Source: Epiperipatus broadwayi
Lineage: Eukaryota > Animalia > Onychophora
Assembly: GCA_028023455.1 (NCBI GenBank)
Contig: JAQFVV010000003.1
Coordinates: 15,190,001 to 15,254,000 of the forward strand
Length of the DNA stretch: 64,000 bases
Reading direction: 5' to 3'
The translations under genes and the position numbers were made by a program. Below the pieces are notes generated by a model. That model did no database searches, was not told the DNA's origin, and saw nothing but the letters and a program-made list of their open reading frames with translations. Positions within the stretch are counted from its first letter, which is position 1. Every line of letters begins with the position of its first letter. Of the stretch, positions 54,872 through 64,000 are shown piece by piece.

Positions 54872-55949
54872 TATTGGATGAGTAGGCACTAGATAGGGAT
54901 TTAATGCACAAGCCTTCTGGAATCCATTGATTACTCTGGCTTGCACTGAATGGCACCACTTTATAGAGAGTTTTGCCTGTTTTTTTAACATTGAAATTAA
55001 TTAGAGTTCTTACATCACAAAAATGACAACATTGCTATTTTTCAAAATCCCATAAAATATAAATTTAAATAATATTAATTTAAACATTGTAGAATATTTA
55101 GTAAATTTTCCTATATTGTTTCTTTTGATGTGAAGCTTGTGCATTTGAAGTTCTCAGCTTAGAAATTATGCCTGGATAAGGTTAGTCTTCTAGAAACATA
55201 CTACTTTTACTATATATATTGTAATCTTCTGGATAGGCACAAGAAATATTGATTGTGATTATATAGCACTGTATCAGTAACAGCTGATTGCATCTCACTA
55301 AAAAAAATGAAATAACCTGAAATTTTAAACATTTTTTTATATTAAAAACCTAAAACTATGTTTAAAAACATTTACAGATATAATTTGAAAGTCTTGAGAC
55401 ACTTAATATTTTTCTTTTGTGAGTAATTAATGATAGAAATGAGGCGGCTTGTCACAGAAATTGTCAGTTTAGTTTAAGTTGATCCAAGTTTGTTTTATTT
55501 GTCTGCAGAACAGTATTGATATTTGTTTAGATAATTCTCTGGTTTATTTGCTTATAATATTTCAATCCATAGTGTGAATAGTGCAATATGTTTGACTCAT
55601 CATTATAGAAACTCATATTTTAGTCAGATCAGTTTAGTACTTATAGTACAGTATTTATGGATATTCATGCATGCTTGTGTCATCTTTCAGCTTCATTTTC
55701 CATTCATATACTTCATTTTACTACCAAATATCATGTCTCATAGCAAAACATTTGATTTCATAAGCAATGGCTTGGATAACCAGCTTAGTTACATTTTAAA
55801 TAAATCAATGGATTATTGGACCAGTGGATTATTAAACAGCAAATACATTCTCAAATATTTTATTTGCTAAAATAATTATCATTAATTTTTATTTTGTTAC
55901 TTTGGAAATGTAAAATATTTTATTCTTGGTTCAATTTATTTAATTTTTT

Positions 55950-56250
55950 TTTTTAAAAAGACAAAATAATTTTTCTTTCTTTTTTCAAGATAGAAAGATT
56001 CTTGCATATTCTGTAACTAATTAAGCCAGTGCAATGGGAGGAGCAATTTTCTTTTTCCAGAGTTGAACTTTTGAGTAACCTTGGATTGATGTGAGAACAG
56101 ATGCTTGGATAATAATGTGGTATAAAGGGAAATGCTTTTACAAAAAAGTGGACTTTGACTTTTGCTTTTTTGATTTCAGCAATTTTCTCTCCATAAAAAG
56201 TTTTTATTACAATTTCATTTTTTTTACAAGTTAGTTCTTCCATGGTCCAA
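55950..56250 (-). mobile_element. Decayed L2-type LINE 3' ORF fragment
   Basis: KRKLLLPLHWLN*LQ resembles the L2 'ITPxLxxLHWLP' motif. Confidence 0.3.
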
Positions 56251-58026
56251 GCTTCAAAGTAACAATTATTATTGATTTTCTGGATGAAAACAACTCAGAA
56301 GTTCTACTGAGGAAAACAATAAGGAAGTAATATGCAGAGGTAGACAATGGTAAAATAAGGTACATCTCCTTGCTTTTAACTGACTAGTTTAAATTCTAAA
56401 ATCATCATTTGAGATGTGTATGTGTGCCTATATTATACATTTATTTAACCTTAATTTTTAATATTAAAGAAGTAATGGAAATGCATGTTTATATTTCAAA
56501 TCTATTTTGCCTGAATCTTATTTCTAGTGTTAAAGAAGTAATTGAAACATGTGTCTACATTATAAGTTTTATTTACTTAGATTTAATCTCTAACACTAAA
56601 GAAATAACTGGAATGTATGGATTTTGTTATGCTGGAAAATTTTTGCTGAACTTTTTCATTAAATAATTCAGAGACTCTTGGTTGATAATTCTTACTAGCT
56701 ATAAAGGAATGAAGTTTAAACAGAAGGATGTGTGTGGATAACCCATTCTAACCTGCTTTATTATTATTATTATTATTATTGATAAAACATTTACCTAACC
56801 ATTTGTGTCTGGAAATAAGAAACAAATGCATGACATATGATTTAATGAACTATTAACTTATCTCTAAATGTGCTGATAAATGAACGAGTAGAAGGGCATA
56901 AAATTGGATATGAATTTCTTTTATTTTATTGTTCTCCTCATTTGCATTTGATTTTTTTATTAAAATATGTTATCAATAAACTTACGTGAATTTAAATGAA
57001 TTTTATGAACTGAATCACGACTTGCTTGATGAATGACTTTTGAAGATTTGGAACAAATGCTTAGATAAGTCTAATGAATTAAATAATAAATTATTGCTCT
57101 ACTTATGCTGTAATAAATATTTGTTTGCCACCATGAAGAATTTTCATATGTGATATTGCCAGCGGTTTTATTAGCTATTGCTAAAAACTTTGAAATGCTG
57201 TTAAATTAGACCCAATTAATATTATTTATCTCCCTGCAGGAAATTGTTATATGTTTATCCATATTTATACTTATACCAATGATCATCATCATTTAGTACC
57301 TGACCAATATGTGTCATTTACAAACTATAAATGAACTTTTCATTCCAGCCAAAAAAAGCTTTGATGATTATTATTTTGTTAGCATTTGATAGATAGGCAG
57401 ATTTACAAATTTGTCTTATGATTATTATTTTTTATTATTTGATTATTATTTTTCTTTTCAAGAATGTTTCACAAAAGTATAATATGGAGAGATATTATAC
57501 TGGGTAATTAGTATTATTTTAATATACTTTTTATTATGTACTTGTGTTTCTATATGTGCATGTGCTAGAAATAGAAATATCTGTTTGCTATGTAGGAGTT
57601 AACAGCTTGTTTTTGAAAAGAGGTCATTATATAAAATTTATTGTTTATCTTTGCATTTTTAAGAAGTTATATAAAATTATTATTTCTTAATAATTGTTTT
57701 ACTCAAAATTTAAAGATTTGTTGTTTATCCCAAACCAAACTTTTATTTTAATTTTATGCTAATGTCAAATACACTAAAGAATTATTTCATCTTTGCTTTG
57801 CTAGGAGTTATTTTGTTTTGCTTAGTTAATAATAATTATTATATTTCCAAATTGAAATATTATACTTGTCAGAAATGAGAGATTTATTCATTATTTCTTT
57901 TATCATTTATTAAGTAATGTCATTACAATATTTATTATCAAATGTGATTTGAAATTGTTTATGCATTATTATGCTTATATACCGGTCTGTTATATAGTCC
58001 AGTTATAATAATGTTTGAATTGAAAG

Positions 58027-58547
58027 GCATTTATCACAAAGCTTGTAGAGGAATTGGCAATCCTCGTTTATAACTTACAAGCTTAAGAGATAGGGTCATG
58101 TGATGTATGACTTATTTTGACTATTTATAGTCTCTGCCATAAATCTTATGCAATTTTTTATATTGCTAAGACTACTAATATATGGTATGGCTGAAGATCT
58201 ATCAGCCCCATATAGCTATTTGAGTTGGATAGCTGGATTTGAAGACATATAGATGTCTGAAAATTTCAGATTTTCCACTCAATAGATAACTTTTAGATAA
58301 GTACTTGGCTTTGGGTTGGTATTTTTAAATCTAGTGTCTGAACCTACCCTGACACCTTTCTGAGGAGTGCCAAAGCATGAAACTATGGTCAGGGGTTTGG
58401 GGAGGGATTACTGACAGAGATATTTTAAGTGCTGGCTCTGGCTAAGCATTTATCACAAAGCTTGTAGAGGAATTGGCAATCCTCATTGTTTATAACTTAC
58501 AAGCTTAAGAGATAGGGTCATGTGATGTATGACTCTTATTTTGACTA
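58027..58547 (+). mobile_element. HHR family 4: 419-nt unit plus ~100-nt terminal redundancy, non-LTR retrozyme-like
   Basis: Direct repeats 58027-58123 and 58446-58547 are identical except for two small indels. No TG..CA termini. One hammerhead inside the unit and many hairpins. Confidence 0.75.
58354..58396 (+). ncRNA. Type I hammerhead ribozyme
   Basis: ACCTTT CTGAGGA GTGC-CAAA-GCAT GAAAC TATG GTC| AGGGGT. All core positions are present, stem I is 6 bp (2 G-U) and extendable past an internal loop. Predicted cleavage after C58390. Confidence 0.85.
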
Positions 58548-59539
58548 GAAATAATTTAATTTCTATCATTTTCAGATGATGAAATGTGCCAAAAAGAAGT
58601 GGAAAGTTTAGAGATTTATTTAAGTGTGAATTTATTATTTCTTTATTATGCTTAGATTGAAATGTATTTAGTGGCTATCAGAATGAAATTATTTATGTTA
58701 TATTTAATATTGTCAGAGATTGAGATAGCTATCCCTTAGCTTGTTGAAAAGTTTGTTAGGAGTGGATTATATCCTCTAGATTAAGTAGTTGTATTTTATG
58801 ATTTATATTAGGTGAGGCCAAGTAGTATATTTCCCATATTTTTTTGGTGATGAGACCATGTTCACACCAGTTTGTTTTAAGCCTCAGAAATTAGATTAGG
58901 GAGTCATTGTGTATTGTTATTTAAATGATTAAAGTTATGAAAGTCTTTTTATCCATCATGTATCCTATGCAATGTTTTCTCATCATTTATTCATAGCCAA
59001 GTGTAAGACTGTTTGCTGATTAAAAAAAAGAAAAATAAAGATAGAATTGATTTTTCTCACAGAACAGCTGAAGTAGAATTAGTATTAAAGCTTGGTTAGC
59101 CATTGTCATCATCCGTATTATGATATTTATCTCAATTTCATAAGTAAACCAATCGGATTTAGTTATATTAATTATTTTATAACAGATAGCATAATTCAGA
59201 CACATGGATAGTATTAATTTGGAATGTATGGAGAAATCCATCATTAATGTGTAACTCTTTGATTATTGTTTCAAATCATATATTAATTGTTTAGATTTTA
59301 TACTATCAACTCTCAGAATGTTTCATCCTCATTTTGAATGAGCAAGCAAAAAAAAAAAAGAAAGTGTAGCTAATTAATTGAATTACTTATTTGGTTTGTA
59401 AAGGATAGCTTGACCTCTTACTCATAGATTTAAACACCTCTCATATTATTTGATGTGCATTTGAAGTAGAATGCCAAGAATTTAATTTCACATTCTATAG
59501 TTTTGGTGCCAATGTTTAATAGAGTTTTATCTTTCACAA

Positions 59540-59780
59540 ACATATCAGAATTGGTTGATAGCTTGAGTGTATTGAAAATAAAATACTAAAAATATAAAAT
59601 AATTTTATTATCTTAGTATAGTATTATAATGTTTCTGTGTCATAGGTTTGTCAGAATTGACTGATAGCTTGAATATATTTTATAAGTAAGATACCAAGAA
59701 GTAGTTTATGTTTAATATTTTGGTGCTGGTATTATAATGTTTCCTTTATCAAAATGGATTGATAGCTGGTATATGTTAAA
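59540..59780. repeat. Decayed tandem repeat, ~105-bp period x3
   Basis: aatt/gg.ttgatagct.g..tatat motif at ~59545, ~59655 and ~59755, with gtattataatgtttc recurring. Confidence 0.55.
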
Positions 59781-61587
59781 TAAAACACAGAAAGCTTATT
59801 TTATGTTGTTCATTTTCATGGAGACTATTTAATCATTAATGTTAGAATTATCCCAAAACATGTATATGCATAAACTATAAAACCAATGTTTATTTAAATT
59901 AACTTGTAATAAATGTTTTATTTATTTAAAGCTGTGTTCAGAATTCTTCTTTGACATGCATTCGTGTTCTATATTTCCACACATGCACACACACTTACAT
60001 ATCCAATATATGATTGCTCTATTCCATAATTTAATGACAAACATGTCCATATCTGATGATGTTGCTTTTCTTGATCTAAACCCCATATGAAATATTTGAT
60101 TATTTAATGATTCTCTGAAAATTTTATTACTCAGTTATTATTTAGATGATGAATTGAAATCAAAATGCACTCTATTTTTTCATTATCTAACTACTATTAT
60201 TTTATTAGGATAATGCTTAATTTATGTCATTACTTTTATGATAGTGATGAGTAGTTGTTAGAAAGTATAGATTTAAAATGAAGCCATGCAATAAATTAAT
60301 TCCCTGAGATATTCCCTTATTATTTTAGATTAAACATTAATTCAGTTGCTTATTTTAAATTACTGTATAATGAAAGGTTAAATAGTGTTTTATTTTATCT
60401 TGAATTTAATTCTAGCTTACTATACAGTATAGTTGATCAGCATTACATCTCTGTTTTATTAATTTAATTTTATCACATAATAGAGGTTGTTCAATGTATG
60501 TGGATGGTGGGAGGAGATGAGGTTAAATTATAACTTGTAAATTTAAATGGTAAAATTTCACCAATTTTCATTATTTATTTATTTTAAAAGTTAATAGATG
60601 TTTTATCCCTATTAATTATAATGTTTCCTCCCATATCTAATATACATTTTACACCCTATAGATCTCTGTAATTCCCAACTGAACTAAGATAAGGTAGAAT
60701 AGCATTTTAGAAGTCTCATTAATGATTTTAAAGCAAGATCAGATTAGTAATTTATTCTATGATCAATAGAATTGGTGCCTCCATGTATTTGTTGATAGGA
60801 AAGGTAGGAGAGGTGTTGGGAGAGAGTTACAATATATATATATATAATTTAAAAGAAAAACTTTAGCTAATTAAATGACTTTAAGTAATAATGAACAAAA
60901 TGCATGTGCAATACCCAGTATGTGTGTGTGTGTCAGCTTTCCTTATTTATGCCCTAAGTTATGTGATTACTTTATGATTTCTAATATTGGTATTTTAATT
61001 TCCACCCACTTTTTTCATTAGTTTGAATCCAATGTATTACCAACTCTAATGAGATATTCTAAAAATAATCTTATTATATATTCATTTTTTAAAATCAACT
61101 ATGTCTAGACAGACAAATTAATTATTACATTTCCTGTTAAAATAAATCATTTATAAAATCAAATACTATAGTAAAAATAAAATATATTATAAAATTAAAA
61201 TCACCTTATTTCAAATAAAAACATTATCTTATAATATATATTTAACATATTCATTTTAATTTAATTAAATCCTCAGATAATCTAAAATTGTCTTTAAAAA
61301 TGATATTTAAGAAACATTTTAAATAAGGAAGTGTTAAAGAAATTAATTACTCTACTTTCATTCATCTAGATATTCATGTATTCACTATTCTTAATTCCTA
61401 GTTTTAAAATTATCAGCTTTATAACTTCTTTTAACTAACTATGGCATATTATAAGATGTGATATGTTGGACTATTTCCATCATTTGGAGTGAATGTTGAA
61501 TGTAAAGAAAATTTTAAACTTTATTTAAACTTTCCAAATACAAACAACTTGTTAGTAATAACACACAAATAGACAATACAGATTAGT

Positions 61588-61903
61588 AATTACACAACAG
61601 TTCTTTCATATACACTTTAATGCAAACAAATTTTCTTAAAAACTTCTTTATTTTCCTTACAGTTTCGACTGTCCAGCAGTCTTCATCAGAGCTCTATGCT
61701 TCATTAAGCAGTGAAGCATAGAGCTCTGATGAAGACTGCTGGACAATCAAAACTGTAAGGAAAATAAAAAAGTTTTTAAGAAAATTTGCATTAAAGTGTA
61801 TATGAAAGTTTCGACTGCTGGACAGTCGAAACTGTAAGGAAAATGAAAAAGTTTTTTAAGAAAATTTGATTGCATTAAAGTGTATATGAAAGAACGGTTG
61901 TAA
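61588..61903. mobile_element. HHR family 2: fold-back plus partial tandem unit, Penelope pLTR-like
   Basis: Left arm 61600-61703 is inverted against 61712-61808 (8-nt loop ttaagcag). A second tandem unit (61808-61895) starts with the perfect hairpin GTTTCGACTG-CTGGA-CAGTCGAAAC. Confidence 0.85.
61655..61692 (-). ncRNA. Type I minimal hammerhead motif
   Basis: CT CTGATGA A GACTG-CTGGA-CAGTC GAAAC T GTA| AG. The core and 5-bp stem II are intact; stem III would need dimerisation; stem I is only 2 bp. The plus-strand mirror copy (61726-61758) has CAGTCGAAAC mutated to CAATCAAAAC. Confidence 0.7.
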
Positions 61904-62049
61904 GCAATATAGACATATGAATATATGAAGTATGCAAAGAACGTGAAAGAGAAGAATAAGAGAATATTTTTAAAGTTCTCATTTCTAATTAATTATAAAC
62001 TTATTTATTTAACACTAAAACTAAAACTATTTAAACCTTTTATGACTAT

Positions 62050-62460
62050 GCTTTTTTTAAAAAAAAAATTAAAACACAAATATTCGCGCACTTAGACTCC
62101 TGTGTTTAATTATAATATTATAAGTTAATATCCTTATTACGTGTAATATTGGTAGACAACTATACAAATAAAATTTACTACTATATTAATAATATTTTTA
62201 AATACTTTCTTTTATTGTAGTTTCTATAGTATCGTTTTATTCTGTGTATTTTTTTATCTTCCAAAATCATTTTAATGTGCTTGTGTTTTTTTTTTTAAAT
62301 ATCAACAGCGCTTTAAAAAAAAATTCGATGTCGTAAGTGATAAAATCTGTACGGGCGACATCTTGCATAAATTTTAATAATCTACTCTAATAGGAAGTAG
62401 TATGTGAGAAACCACAATAACAGTAATAAACATCAATATTTGCTTTATTTGATAAGCCGA
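62050..62460. promoter_or_regulatory. Second CpG-retaining patch, possible promoter
   Basis: Cluster of CpGs (ttcgcgcac, cagcgct, ttcgatgtcg, tacgggcgacatcttg, agccgat) in otherwise CpG-poor DNA. Confidence 0.25.
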
Positions 62461-62894
62461 TAATTTTTTTTTTAGAGTTTATAGTTATGACTACTGATTT
62501 AGATGTTAAAATATAATGTTACAATGTATATCTTTTAAACAATACAAAATCTATTTTAAAAACCCAACAACAATACAAAGTTTAAAATGTTGATAAAGTA
62601 GATCAAACAAACATCCACTCACAACTTCTTCTGTTAATGCTATTTCACTATAATTAATTCATTAGTGCTAGTGCACATCTTTAAATTCTATTCAATATAT
62701 ATATGCGTTTGTTAACTTTGGACTAATTTATTTACATAAACATTTTCTCACACATATATAGATGTTTTAGAATGTACTTAAAATAAATAAAATGCAGTTA
62801 TCAGGAAAATATTAATAGATTTTAGTACAGTACTTAAATAAAATAAATATTGTTAAAATATCTTTAAAAATAAAATTACTCATTATGGATATCT

Positions 62895-64000
62895 AATCAT
62901 CATCATCATCATTATCAATCATTATCAATCCACTGCAGAATGAAGGTCTCTCCAGCTTTAATCCATCTTCTCCTATCTTTAGCTTCTCTTCTCCACATCA
63001 CCCCTGCACACTTTCTTATTTCATCCATCCATCTCACATGTGGTCTCTTTCTGGGTCTTTTACAATCTCTTGGAATCCAGTTTAAAATTTCAATTGTCCA
63101 TCTATTATTATCTCTTCTAACAATATGTCCAGCCCAACTCCACTTCAATCTTTTAATCTTTTCAATGAGGTCAGTAACACCTGTTTGTTCTCTTACCCAT
63201 ACATTGCGTTTACGATCTCTTCTTGTTACTCCCAACATACATCTCTCCATACTTCTTTGAGTGGTCTGAAGTCTCTGAATTGCTCTTCTATTAAGTGTCC
63301 AAGTCTCAGATCCATAAGTAAGAACTGGTAAAACACATTTGTTAAAAACCTTCCTTTTCAAACACATAGGCATATTTCCTTTTAGTATCAAGTTATTTCT
63401 ACCAAAAGCACTCCAACCAAGTTTAATTCTATGATTAATTTCCTCCATTATGTTTCCATCTGTATTAATAATCTGATCAAGGTATTTGTAACTGTTAACT
63501 TCTTCTAATTCATCATAATCAATCTTTATTTTCATATTTTGAGCAAATCGATTAAACATTACTTTAGTCTTTTTAACATTTATCTTTAGTCCTACTTTCC
63601 TACTTTCATCTGATAATTCCTGCAACATTTCCTGCAGATCTGAAGCATTATTTACAAAAACAACTACATCATCTGTGAAATCTAAATGACTTAAATAATC
63701 ACCATTTACTTTCACTCCTTTAGTTTCCCATTTTAATCCACAAAATACTCCATGCAGCACTGCTGTAAAAAGTTTTGGAGATAAGGAGTCACCTTGTCTT
63801 ACACCTTTCTCAATGTTGACTTTCCCAGTGTCATTATGTAATCTAATTGTTGCTGTTGCATTTTTATAAATATTTTTTAAAATATGACAGTATCCTGGAT
63901 CTATACCTTGATGATCTAATGCTTTAATCACTGAAGAAATGTTTATAGAATCAAATGCCTTTTCATAATCTACAAATCCTAAGCATAATGGCAACTCATA
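62895..64000 (-). mobile_element. RTE-clade LINE 3' portion (runs off window), same family as 2895-5780
   Basis: High nucleotide similarity to 2895-3940 and the same (TGA)n tail. Confidence 0.97.
62915..63994 (-). CDS. RTE reverse transcriptase, C-terminal 359 aa, uninterrupted
   Basis: GFVDYEKAFDS, GVRQGDSLSPKLF, HLDFTDDVVVF, LPVLTYGSETW, WAGHIVRR, RPRKRPHVRWMD. Confidence 0.95.
   Translation of the reverse strand: MPLCLGFVDYEKAFDSINISSVIKALDHQGIDPGYCHILKNIYKNATATIRLHNDTGKVNIEKGVRQGDSLSPKLFTAVLHGVFCGLKWETKGVKVNGDYLSHLDFTDDVVVFVNNASDLQEMLQELSDESRKVGLKINVKKTKVMFNRFAQNMKIKIDYDELEEVNSYKYLDQIINTDGNIMEEINHRIKLGWSAFGRNNLILKGNMPMCLKRKVFNKCVLPVLTYGSETWTLNRRAIQRLQTTQRSMERCMLGVTRRDRKRNVWVREQTGVTDLIEKIKRLKWSWAGHIVRRDNNRWTIEILNWIPRDCKRPRKRPHVRWMDEIRKCAGVMWRREAKDRRRWIKAGETFILQWIDND

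Larger units (their letters stand above)
54585..54986. mobile_element. HHR family 1: asymmetric fold-back with 14-bp TSD, Penelope-like non-autonomous element
   Basis: Inverted arms of ~155 bp plus a ~50-bp extension on the left only, spacer taagatctaggtgcagtgctctcaaatcc, TSD aacattgaaattaa at 54571-54584 and 54987-55000. Confidence 0.85.

Noticed and set aside
58027-58547. TRIM or mini LTR-retrotransposon interpretation
   Set aside because: No TG..CA termini, no PBS after the first repeat, no PPT adjoining the second and no clear 4-6-bp TSD.
57240-59100. Plus-strand exon chain (57240, 58576 DDEMCQKEVESLEIYL, 59062)
   Set aside because: The acceptors look good but the donors are weak and the product is not recognisable; unsupported without RNA data.
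62940-63331. Plus-strand ORFs of 106 and 68 aa
   Set aside because: Antisense shadows of the RTE reverse transcriptase.

Overview
This is a very AT-rich (roughly 25-30% GC by eye), strongly CpG-depleted eukaryotic window, most likely from an invertebrate animal. No intact host gene can be identified with confidence, and there are no prokaryotic operons or CRISPR arrays. Most of it is decayed transposon sequence: two RTE-clade LINE copies (one near full length but broken, one with an open RT ORF running off the right edge), three Ty3/Gypsy remnants, L2/CR1-type scraps, a 1.48-kb fold-back DNA element with a 9-bp TSD, a SPIN-like hAT MITE, a probable mini-Helitron and three tRNA-Gly-derived retroposons. 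It also holds an intronless serpin pseudogene that the ORF track only partly shows, and long (AAT)n/(TA)n tracts. The main unexpected signal is at least four unrelated families of short non-coding elements carrying type I hammerhead ribozyme (HHR) motifs of the Penelope-like/retrozyme kind. Three are fold-backs with outward-facing HHRs (44.2, 54.6 and 61.6 kb, with relatives at 10, 14.8 and 23.3 kb). One is a highly structured 419-nt unit with a ~100-nt terminal redundancy (58.0 kb) that looks like a genomic copy of a circular ribozyme RNA (non-LTR retrozyme). All calls were made by eye; family names rest on recalled motifs, not database searches.
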